From NCBI GenBank assembly GCA_031368215.1, contig JANLRD010000086.1:16-64015 (forward strand): a DNA stretch of 64,000 bases, in the 5' to 3' direction. Under the pieces are notes generated by a model. The model did not search any database. It was not told the DNA's origin and was given only the letters and a program-made list of their open reading frames with translations. This DNA comes from Acidimicrobiia bacterium (GTDB taxonomy: Bacteria > Actinomycetota > Acidimicrobiia > Acidimicrobiales > JANYDT01). The position numbers and the translations under genes are program-made. This document shows positions 27,014-34,981 of the stretch, in pieces. The stretch's first letter is position 1. Every line of letters starts with the position of its first letter.

Positions 27014-27394
27014 TCAGCGCGCGTTGACGTTCACCGGGTGCAGGATTGCGGTCATCCGCACCGCCCCGGCCGGATCGAACCCCGACACGTCCGTGGCGTG
27101 CTTCTCGCCGACCCGGAGCATCGTGATTCGTTCAGGGTCAGGCTCCCAGGTGACGTTGGCGCGGATCTCGACGAACGACCACTCGTTGTCGGGGTTCAGC
27201 ACGAAGAAGGTCGCCTTGGGATTGGCCACCATGTTGCGGTACTTCTTGCGGCCGGTCGTCATCGACACCTTGATCATGTCGTCCTCGAACAGGAACCACA
27301 CAGCGGTCGACTGCGGGTACCCGGCAGGATCGATCGTCGTGATCACCCCGGTGATGGGACGATCCAGGAGGGCGCGGGCGTCGGCGGAGAACAT
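27014..27394 (-). CDS. PPOX-class (pyridoxamine 5'-phosphate oxidase family) probable F420-dependent enzyme
   Basis: MFSADARALLDRPITGVITTIDPAGYPQSTAVWF...GRKKYRNMVANPKATFFV is a split-barrel flavin/F420 family signature. ATG 27394 was preferred over the longer ORF start 27472. Confidence 0.75.
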   Translation of the reverse strand: MFSADARALLDRPITGVITTIDPAGYPQSTAVWFLFEDDMIKVSMTTGRKKYRNMVANPKATFFVLNPDNEWSFVEIRANVTWEPDPERITMLRVGEKHATDVSGFDPAGAVRMTAILHPVNVNAR

Positions 27395-27505
27395 CCGCCG
27401 AGCATGCCACGGCGAGCCGAGTACCGGTGGGCCAGACTTCATCGCATGACTCGCCTGCCGGGAGAGGGCCACCGTTCTCGGCTCCAGTGCGATCGGCCGG
27501 CAGCG

Positions 27506-28681
27506 ATGAACGCAAACGGTGTTCCATCACCGTTCGACCGTGCATCTGGTCCCTCCGGTGACCGTGGGGCAGAGTTGGTGCCTGCTCGTGACCCGTTTCT
27601 CGACGTGCTCCGGGCCGTGTCGATCTGTCGGGTCGTCCTGCTCCACACGCTGCTCCGACCACCGACTGTGTACCTCCCCTGGGTGATGTGGATCTACCCG
27701 GGCATGCCCGAGGTGTTCTTCGTGAGCGGCGCCGTCACCGCGCAGATGCTCTCCCGCCGCAGCGCGGGTGAGGTCGTCGTCCGACGCATCCGACGCATCG
27801 CGCTTCCCTACGTGTGGTTCGCCGCATGCGCGCTGTTCGTCATGATCACGACCGATCTCCGAAGCGACCAACCCGGCGCCTCCTTTCCGTGGAAGCACGT
27901 CTGGCACTGGGCAGTCCCCCTGCTGGCGCCGACCGGATCACGCGATCGTGTGTTCCTGTGGGGCCAACTCTGGTACGTCGGGGCCTTCCTGTGGCTCGTC
28001 TTCGCTGCCGCCGGACTGCTCTGGCTGCATCGCCGGGTCGGCGCGTGGAGTGCCCTTGTCCCGCTCGCGGGTTTTGTGTTCACGCAGTGGTTGACGAAGA
28101 TCCACGGCGTCGTCGTGGACGAGGCGATCATCACCGCATTCCAGTTCGGCATCTTCTTCGCACTCGGTCCCTCCTATGCGCGCATACGGGGTTGGGGGAG
28201 TCGGTCCCTTATCGCGCTCGGGGGTGGCTTCGGCGCGCTTGGAGTGCTCACGGCATTCGTCATCGAGCCGATCCACGACAAAGGCACGCAGGAGCTCTAC
28301 AGCTCGAGGTCTGCCCATCTCCTGATCGGCGCGGCGTGGATGCTCATCGCTCTTTCCGCTCGAGCGCCGATTGAGCGATGGATCTCGCATCGGCGGGGAG
28401 CGGTCGACGCTGTTGTCGGTCGGATCAACCAGCGGACGTTCACCCTCTACCTTTGGGGCCTCCCGGCGAACGCCGTGGCCAACTCGCTCAGTCGGCGCAT
28501 CGACTCGCAACCCGCCCGCATCGCTGCCTATCTCGTCCTGACTGCGGTCGCGCTGGCCGTCTTCGTGGTCTGCTTCGGTCAACTCGAAGATGTCGCCGCT
28601 CGGCGTCGCCGTCGCTGGCTTCCCGTCGGGGTCGCGGGAGGTCAGGCCGTGGCAAGTTCCGTCGCCGGGCCGGTTACCTGA
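27506..28681 (+). CDS. Acyltransferase family 3 membrane protein
   Basis: ORF 27038-28681 trimmed to ATG 27506. Has about 10 TM segments. The N-terminal DVLRAVSICRVVLLHT and FFVSG motifs are typical of the Acyl_transf_3 (OafA-like) family. Confidence 0.8.
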   Translation: MNANGVPSPFDRASGPSGDRGAELVPARDPFLDVLRAVSICRVVLLHTLLRPPTVYLPWVMWIYPGMPEVFFVSGAVTAQMLSRRSAGEVVVRRIRRIALPYVWFAACALFVMITTDLRSDQPGASFPWKHVWHWAVPLLAPTGSRDRVFLWGQLWYVGAFLWLVFAAAGLLWLHRRVGAWSALVPLAGFVFTQWLTKIHGVVVDEAIITAFQFGIFFALGPSYARIRGWGSRSLIALGGGFGALGVLTAFVIEPIHDKGTQELYSSRSAHLLIGAAWMLIALSARAPIERWISHRRGAVDAVVGRINQRTFTLYLWGLPANAVANSLSRRIDSQPARIAAYLVLTAVALAVFVVCFGQLEDVAARRRRRWLPVGVAGGQAVASSVAGPVT

Positions 28682-29124
28682 AGGCCGTCAACGGCGCGCT
28701 CGAGGATCGCCGCCATAGTCGCGATCTCTTCGCGTGTCATGTGCGCAAACAGATGCTGGCGAACTCCTGACACATGGACCGGAGCAAGGATCCGTACGGT
28801 GTCCCAGCCGAGGTCGGTCAGGTGCGCGTAATAGCCGCGCCGGTCGGTCTCGCACTTGATCCTCTCGACGAGGCCCCGGTGAACCAGCTGATCGATCTGG
28901 TAGGTGAGGCGACTTCGTGGACTCACGACGTCCTGCGCCAGCTCGGTCATCCGAAGCTGGCGCTCGGGAGCCTCGGACAGCAACGCCAGGACTTCGTAGT
29001 CGGCGAACCCCAGACCGAACGGTGAAAGGTCCCCGGAGAGTCGGTCGGCGAAGGTTCGCTGGAACCGCAGGAACAATCGCCAGGCGTGCTGCTCGTCGTC
29101 GGACAACCAGGGGGTGTCGGGCAT
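28642..29124 (-). CDS. MarR family transcriptional regulator
   Basis: 160 aa winged HTH (LRMTELAQDVVSPRSRLTYQIDQLVHRGLVERIKCETDRRGYYAHLT). Its 3' end overlaps the convergent acyltransferase gene by 40 nt. Confidence 0.9.
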   Translation of the reverse strand: MPDTPWLSDDEQHAWRLFLRFQRTFADRLSGDLSPFGLGFADYEVLALLSEAPERQLRMTELAQDVVSPRSRLTYQIDQLVHRGLVERIKCETDRRGYYAHLTDLGWDTVRILAPVHVSGVRQHLFAHMTREEIATMAAILERAVDGLQVTGPATELATA

Positions 29125-29150
29125 GAATCGACCCTAGCGACTCGGTATTT

Positions 29151-29759
29151 CTACGTCGTCTCGTGGGTGTGAGCCGAAGGGGTCGCGACCCAGCAACCTT
29201 CGATGTGGTCGTCGATCATTCCCGATGACTGCATGAACGCATACATCGTCGTCGGCCCGACGAAGCGAAACGCGTGCCGTTTCAGCTCCTTCGACAACGC
29301 GATGGCCTCGGGGCACGTGACGCGCAGCCCGTCATGTTCCGTCGGCCGAGACCCTCGGCGCTCCGGTTGGAAGGACCAGCACAGCGCATCGAGCGACTCG
29401 CCCCTCTCCAGGAGTTCGACGGTTGCACGCGCGTTGTCGATGGCGGCTGTGATCTTGGCGCGGTTGCGCACGATGCCGGCGTCCGCCATCAGCAGGTCCA
29501 CCTTCCGCTCGTCGTAGGACGCAACCGTGTGAGGGTCGAAGCCGTCGAACACCTCCCGGTATCGCGCCCGCTTACGGAGGATGGTGATCCACGACAGACC
29601 GGCCTGGGCTCCCTCCAAGCACAACTTCTCGAGCACCCTGGCCTCGCCGTGCAGGGGCTGACCCCATTCGCTGTCGTGGTAGGCCGTATACAGCTCGTCG
29701 GTGCCGCACCACCAGCACCGGGTGCGGCCATCTGCACCGGTCAGGAGACGCCCGCTCAC
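29151..29759 (-). CDS. tag: DNA-3-methyladenine glycosylase I
   Basis: RCWWCGTDELYTAYHDSEWGQP, LEGAQAGLSWITILRKR and FRFVGPTTMYAFMQSSG are Tag hallmarks. GTG start. Confidence 0.93.
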   Translation of the reverse strand: MSGRLLTGADGRTRCWWCGTDELYTAYHDSEWGQPLHGEARVLEKLCLEGAQAGLSWITILRKRARYREVFDGFDPHTVASYDERKVDLLMADAGIVRNRAKITAAIDNARATVELLERGESLDALCWSFQPERRGSRPTEHDGLRVTCPEAIALSKELKRHAFRFVGPTTMYAFMQSSGMIDDHIEGCWVATPSAHTHETT

Positions 29760-29848
29760 CGGCCCGAGGCTAGGCCGGACAGGGTAACGGCGTTCGCCGG
29801 CGAATTCGGTTCGGTCAACCGGGGACGGCCCGGGTAAGCTGATCCTCC

Positions 29849-30481
29849 ATGCCGCACACCTCAGACCAGCGCTTCTTGGTTCTGCATGGCTGCAAGCTGA
29901 AGGGCTTCTCCGAGCCGTCGGCCATCGGCCCGGTCATCGGGATGAAGCCGCCGGCTGTGACCAAGATCCTCCAGGGGCTGGTCAAGGAGGGTCTCGCCAA
30001 GTATCTCGAAGGTGGGCGGATCTCCGGCTATGCCCTCACCCCCGCCGGGAAGGAAGAGCAGGTGCGCCTCGCTGAGGCCGACCTGGCCGGCAGCGGCTCC
30101 CGGACGGTGGTGCAGGTTTCGTACGAGAAGTTCCTCGTCCTCAACGCCGACCTCCTCGCCGTCTGCACCGCCTGGCAGGTCCGCGACCTCGACCGCAACA
30201 TCCTGAACGACCACGGCGACCGCGACTACGACGCCGGTGTAATCAAGCGCTTGGCTGACGTGCACCTCGGGGTGACCCCGATCACCGGTGCGCTGTCGGC
30301 CGCCCTCGACCGGTATCACCACTACCAGCCCCGCCTGCAGCTGGCGCTGGACAAGGTGAGGAAGGGCAGCCACGAGTGGTTCGCCAAGCCGATTCTCGAC
30401 TCCTATCACACGGTCTGGATGGAGCTCCATGAGGATCTCCTCTCCACGCTCCGTATCGAACGTGCGTCGGAAGACGCCTGA
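29849..30481 (+). CDS. Hypothetical protein with N-terminal winged-helix-like region
   Basis: 210 aa. The N-terminus (PAVTKILQGLVKEGLAKYLEGGRISGYALTPAG) looks wHTH-like. The helical C-terminal domain was not recognised. Confidence 0.6.
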   Translation: MPHTSDQRFLVLHGCKLKGFSEPSAIGPVIGMKPPAVTKILQGLVKEGLAKYLEGGRISGYALTPAGKEEQVRLAEADLAGSGSRTVVQVSYEKFLVLNADLLAVCTAWQVRDLDRNILNDHGDRDYDAGVIKRLADVHLGVTPITGALSAALDRYHHYQPRLQLALDKVRKGSHEWFAKPILDSYHTVWMELHEDLLSTLRIERASEDA

Positions 30482-30539
30482 GCAACCAGCGCGGCGATTG
30501 TCGCCCGCAGCCATCCCCGTGAGGGGAAAGGATCCGATC

Positions 30540-30662
30540 ATGCCCCGCTTCGGCGAAACCCACCCCGCTCCGTTCGACACACGTCAGGAGCCTCTTATGT
30601 CGCGTTTCGGCGAAGTGCGCACCGCTGTGCCCTCTGTGCCCTTTGACGGGAGGAACCTCTGA
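30540..30662 (+). other. Candidate 40-codon leader ORF made of two degenerate duplicates of the dapA start region
   Basis: ATG 30540 (RBS GGAAAGGA) and the in-frame ATG 30597 (RBS AGGAG) encode MPRFGETHPAPFDTRQEPL-MSRFGEVRTAVPSVPFDGRNL*. The TGA stop overlaps the dapA ATG (TGATG at 30660-30664). Both halves mimic the DapA N-terminus MSRFGEVLTAMVTPFD. Confidence 0.5.
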
Positions 30663-31549
30663 TGTCGCGTTTCGGCGAAGTCCTCACCGCGATGGTGACC
30701 CCCTTCGACGCCACCGGCGCCCTCGACCTCGACGCCGCCCAAGCGCTCGCCCGTTGGCATGTTGCCCAGGGCAACGACGGTCTCGTCATCGCCGGAACCA
30801 CCGGTGAAGCGCCGACGCTCTCCGACCGGGAGCAGCTCGACCTCATCAAGGCAGTATGCGAAGCCGTCACCGTTCCGGTGATCGGCGGGGCTGGGTCGAA
30901 CGACACGCCGCACGCGCTCCATCTCACCAGAGCCATGGCCGGCCTCGGCTGTGCGGGCGTGCTGACGGTGACCCCGTATTACAACCGCCCCTCGCAGGCC
31001 GGCATCGAACGTCACTTCCGGGCTGTAGCCGCGGCCACCACTCTTCCCGTGATCATGTACGACATACCGGTCCGTACCGGACGCAAGATCGCCAACGAGG
31101 TGATGCTCCGCCTCGCCCGCGAGTGCTCGAACGTCGTTGCCGTGAAGGACGCCGCGAGCGATGTCTCGTCATCGGCACGGCTCATGGCCGAGGCTCCGTC
31201 GGGCTTCGAGCTCATCAGCGGGAACGACGACCAGACCCTTCCGCTGCTGTCCATCGGCGGGAGCGGCGTCATCGGCGTGGCCACGGCGTGGGCGGCGTCG
31301 GAGCACAAGGAGATGATCAGCTCGTTCAAGAAGGGTGACGTCGACCGGGCGCGGTCGGTCAACGCCCGGCTCCTTGGTTCGTACTCCTTCGAGACCGGCG
31401 ACGCGAGCCCCAACCCGCAACCGGTCAAGGCGATGCTGCGAACGCTCGGCCATCCGGTCGGCTACTGCCGCCCGCCGATGGACGGCGAGCCCGACGACCT
31501 CGAAGATCGCGCCCGCAAGGTCTACGCCGATCTCAAGGCAGGTTCGTGA
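30662..31549 (+). CDS. dapA: 4-hydroxy-tetrahydrodipicolinate synthase
   Basis: 295 aa. TAMVTPFD, GLVIAGTTGEAPTLS, TPYYNRPSQ and VAVKDA (Schiff-base Lys) motifs. Confidence 0.95.
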   Translation: MSRFGEVLTAMVTPFDATGALDLDAAQALARWHVAQGNDGLVIAGTTGEAPTLSDREQLDLIKAVCEAVTVPVIGGAGSNDTPHALHLTRAMAGLGCAGVLTVTPYYNRPSQAGIERHFRAVAAATTLPVIMYDIPVRTGRKIANEVMLRLARECSNVVAVKDAASDVSSSARLMAEAPSGFELISGNDDQTLPLLSIGGSGVIGVATAWAASEHKEMISSFKKGDVDRARSVNARLLGSYSFETGDASPNPQPVKAMLRTLGHPVGYCRPPMDGEPDDLEDRARKVYADLKAGS

Positions 31550-31559
31550 GTCCCTACAC

Positions 31560-31605
31560 ACTGCGCTGCGCTTCTCCGCTGCGCTGCGCTTCTCCGCTGC
31601 GCTTC
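31560..31605. repeat. 18-nt tandem repeat (2.5 units) in the dapA-rnj spacer
   Basis: CTGCGCTGCGCTTCTCCG at 31560-31577 and 31578-31595, then a partial CTGCGCTTCG. Confidence 0.85.
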
Positions 31606-31649
31606 GATGCTCGCAACACCAGTCTCGCCTCCGCGGACGGGTCCCCGTC

Positions 31650-33386
31650 GTGAGTCGTCGAGGCGGTCCGCCCCGCCCCGTCGCTGCACTGGCGGAAGAG
31701 GCACTCGCGCCCGTCGGGACGGCACCTGACGGAACCGTACGGGTCATCTTTCTCGGCGGCCTGGGCGAGGTCGGTCGCAACTGCTGCGCCATCGAAGTGA
31801 ACGGCCGGCTGATGCTGGTCGACGTCGGGTTGATGTTCCCGGATTCCGACATGCCGGGCATTGATCTCGTGCTGCCGGACTTCACCTACCTGCGCGACAA
31901 CGCCGATCGCATCGACGGCGCGATCCTCACCCACGGTCACGAGGATCACGTCGGTGGACTTTCGTACCTCCTGCGTGACATCTCGTTCCCGCTCTACGCC
32001 ACCCAGCTAACGCTGAACCTGGCGCGGGGGCGCATCGAGGAGGCCGGCCTGCTCGGCCGCACCTCCTTCAACGCGTTGGTCGACGGTGAGCGCCGCACCA
32101 TCGGCGCGTTCGACATCGAAGTGATCCCGGTCTCGCACTCCGTGCCCGACTCCATAGCGATCGCCTTCCACACGCCGCAGGGCGTGATCATGCATTCCGG
32201 TGACTGGAAGCTCGATCTCACCCCGATCGACGGACGCACCACCGACCTTGCCCAGATCGGCGCGTTGGCGGAGAACCACGGCATCCGCCTGCTGATGGGC
32301 GACTCGACGAATGCCGAGGTCGACGGTCACACGGAGTCCGAACGCGTGATCGGCAAGCAGCTGCGCGACATCATCCGCGACCAGGATGGGCGCCGCGTCG
32401 TCGTGGCCTGTTTCGCCTCGCACATCCACCGGGTGCAGCAGGTCATCGACGCCGGTATCGCGTCGGGCCGCAAGATCACCACACTCGGCCGGTCGATGCA
32501 GCGCAACCTGCAGATCGCCCGTGACATGGGCAAGATCAAGCTGAGTGACCGCGATATGTTCGACATCGAACGGCTCGGTGATCACGATCCATCGAAGGTG
32601 CTCATCGTCTCCACCGGGTCGCAGGGCGAGCCGATGTCGGCGCTGTCGCTCATGGCCGCGGGCCAGAACCGGTTCGTGAAGCTCGGTGACGACGACACCG
32701 TTATCTTGTCGAGCCACGCGATCCCCGGCAACGAGACGTCGGTCGGAAAGGTCATCGACGGTCTCTGCCGACTCGGCGTCGAAGTGATCCACTCGGGACT
32801 CGCCAAGGTGCACGTGAGCGGTCACGCCAAGCGTGGTGAGCTCAAGACCCTGCTCTCGGTCGCCAAGCCGGAGTTCTTTATCCCGATCCACGGCGAGTTC
32901 CGGATGCTCAGTCACCATGCGCGCTTAGCAATGGACATGGGGATCAAGCCGTCCAACGTGCTCATCTGCGAGGACGGCGATACCGTCGACCTCACCAAGA
33001 AAGGCGCCGACTACGGACCGAACGTGCCGAGCGGCTATCTCTACGTCGACGGCATCGTCGGCGACGTCGGGCTCGGTGTGTTGCGTGACCGCCGCGTCCT
33101 GGCGAGTGAAGGTGTTCTCGTTGTCGTCGTCACGATCGATGAGGACCACGGCCACATCATCACCGACCCCGAGCTCATCACCCGCGGCTGGGTGTACGCG
33201 CCCGAAGCGGAAACCCTGCTCGGCGAGGCCGCCGTCGTGATCCGCAAAGCGCTTGAGCAGGCCATCGCCGACGGCGCACGCGACCACGAGACGATGAAGC
33301 GGACCGTTCGTACCGCGACAGGACGCTTCGTCAGCGAGCGAACGCGGCGAAAGCCGATGATCGTCCCGGTCGTCATCGAGGTTTGA
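31650..33386 (+). CDS. rnj: Ribonuclease J
   Basis: ORF 31335-33386 trimmed to GTG 31650, because the upstream part overlaps dapA and the spacer repeat. Metallo-beta-lactamase motif THGHEDHVGG, a beta-CASP region and the C-terminal domain are present. Confidence 0.93.
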   Translation: MSRRGGPPRPVAALAEEALAPVGTAPDGTVRVIFLGGLGEVGRNCCAIEVNGRLMLVDVGLMFPDSDMPGIDLVLPDFTYLRDNADRIDGAILTHGHEDHVGGLSYLLRDISFPLYATQLTLNLARGRIEEAGLLGRTSFNALVDGERRTIGAFDIEVIPVSHSVPDSIAIAFHTPQGVIMHSGDWKLDLTPIDGRTTDLAQIGALAENHGIRLLMGDSTNAEVDGHTESERVIGKQLRDIIRDQDGRRVVVACFASHIHRVQQVIDAGIASGRKITTLGRSMQRNLQIARDMGKIKLSDRDMFDIERLGDHDPSKVLIVSTGSQGEPMSALSLMAAGQNRFVKLGDDDTVILSSHAIPGNETSVGKVIDGLCRLGVEVIHSGLAKVHVSGHAKRGELKTLLSVAKPEFFIPIHGEFRMLSHHARLAMDMGIKPSNVLICEDGDTVDLTKKGADYGPNVPSGYLYVDGIVGDVGLGVLRDRRVLASEGVLVVVVTIDEDHGHIITDPELITRGWVYAPEAETLLGEAAVVIRKALEQAIADGARDHETMKRTVRTATGRFVSERTRRKPMIVPVVIEV

Positions 33387-33419
33387 GGCAGGGGTGGTCC
33401 GCCACGTAGCGTTCCTCGC

Positions 33420-34727
33420 ATGGCGACCTGTACCAACCACGGCGGACGCGAGACTTACCTTGCGTGTTCGGCGTGCGATCGACCGTTCTGCTTCGACTGC
33501 CTCACCCAAATGGCTGTTGGGCAGAAGTGTCGTCATTGCGCCAAAGGCATCGCCCCGAAGGCATCGGGCGAATTGCCGGGTCGGGCCGCCACCACGTTGC
33601 TGTTGGCCAAGAAGGACCGACATCTTGCGCTGAAGCTGACGATTGCCGCGCTGGCAACCGCCAACATCCTGATGCTCGCAAACGGCAACGCGGCGTTCGG
33701 GCTCCTGCTCGGGCCCGTGCGTTTCGCGGCCCGTGCATCGAGGTTTCAGAACGGCGTGGATTGGCGTCTGCTGACCGGTGCGGTCGGTTTCGCCAACCTT
33801 CCAACGGCGGCGTTGGGCCTTGGCCTGAGTTGGTGGCTCGGTCGTTTCCTGGAACTGAAGCTCGGTCACGTCCGGCTCGCACTTCTCGCCATTGTGGGAG
33901 TTGCGGCCGGGTTGGCGGCGTGTCTGACTGTGCAGCCCGATGCGAACAATTTTGCAGCGCTCGGAACGGCGGGATCGTTCATCGGCGCCTACGGGGCCGG
34001 GCTTGTTATGAACCAGCTTCCCCGCCTCCGTCTTCCCGTCGTCGGCTACGGCTGGATCTTCGCGCTGTTCTTTCTCGGCTCCACTTTGGTCCGGGTGCTT
34101 TCGGATCGCGGAACGTTGATCGTGCTGTTGACTTCCGCCGCCGTTGGTGCGGCGGTCGGTCGTGTCGCCTTGAGTGACCTCACGACAGCGTCGGAACCGA
34201 AGCAGCGTGTGGTTCTCGCGGTCGCGTTCGTCGCCCTCGCCGGCTTCTCCGCAGTCCGCGCGTCGCAGGCGTCGATCGGAGCCTTGGACCCGAACGCGGA
34301 ACGGATGAGTGCTCTCAACGCCCTACTCCGGTCGGTCGAGCCACCGACCTCGCATGATCCCGGCTGGTTTCGGGTGACGTGGTGGGAGGACGAGAACGAT
34401 ATCGGAGACTCCCAGAGCTACCAACTTCGCTGCAGTCCGTTGCCCCAGGACAAGCCTCAGGCGTCGGGTTTAGGGTTTCGTTGGAAGGCGTCAAACGCCG
34501 CCGGGGCGTGCGGCTGGCTCGCGTCGAACAAGGTCCCTGACCGAGGGGAGTTGCAGGATGTCGGGTGCACGTCGCTGGCCCCGTCGACGGAGGTTGCGCT
34601 GATGTCGCGCGTCCAACTCGTCGGTGACTACGGCAACAGGGACATCGATGTTTCGATCCGCTCGAGCGGTTGTGCAGGTCCGTCCGCCCAGGCACTCGAG
34701 CTGTTCTTTCCCGCCGACGACCGGTAG
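33420..34727 (+). CDS. Zinc-ribbon/B-box plus rhomboid-like membrane protein (catalytic residues apparently absent) with C-terminal Cys-containing domain
   Basis: The N-terminus CTNHGGRETYLACSACDRPFCFDCL..GQKCRHC matches the zinc ribbon of actinobacterial rhomboid proteases. WRLLTGAV... aligns with the rhomboid WRLLT motif. GTAGSFIGAYGAG stands where GASGAIFG is expected, and no AHxGG His is seen. About 130 extra C-terminal residues carry 4 Cys. Confidence 0.65.
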   Translation: MATCTNHGGRETYLACSACDRPFCFDCLTQMAVGQKCRHCAKGIAPKASGELPGRAATTLLLAKKDRHLALKLTIAALATANILMLANGNAAFGLLLGPVRFAARASRFQNGVDWRLLTGAVGFANLPTAALGLGLSWWLGRFLELKLGHVRLALLAIVGVAAGLAACLTVQPDANNFAALGTAGSFIGAYGAGLVMNQLPRLRLPVVGYGWIFALFFLGSTLVRVLSDRGTLIVLLTSAAVGAAVGRVALSDLTTASEPKQRVVLAVAFVALAGFSAVRASQASIGALDPNAERMSALNALLRSVEPPTSHDPGWFRVTWWEDENDIGDSQSYQLRCSPLPQDKPQASGLGFRWKASNAAGACGWLASNKVPDRGELQDVGCTSLAPSTEVALMSRVQLVGDYGNRDIDVSIRSSGCAGPSAQALELFFPADDR

Positions 34728-34981
34728 CGCCGCACCGGAGTCCTCCTCACCGGACGCCAGAGCCGTACGACGTCGGCATCCCAGATCCGGGTTTCTGGCA
34801 TCCCGGATAGGCCGCCTCGCGTTGGAAACGGCCGCGAAATCGAGGGTTTGGGATGGCGTTTGCCATGGTCTGGGATGCCGGGGGCCGGTTCCCAGTCGAG
34901 CCGCTGCGGCACCCGGGGCTGGCGCGGGCGTTCGGGAAAAACAGAACCTGTCACACGGGCCCGGCTACCCTGAAACGCACT

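Noticed and set aside
30482-30661. Lysine riboswitch or Lys-codon attenuator upstream of dapA.
   Set aside because: No L-box-like conserved helices or motifs were recognised, and the leader peptides contain no lysine codons. The region is explained by duplication of the dapA start.
31335-31649. N-terminal extension of RNase J back into dapA.
   Set aside because: It overlaps the dapA coding end and the tandem-repeat spacer (LRFSAALRFSAAL is the repeat translated). RNase J homology begins after GTG 31650.
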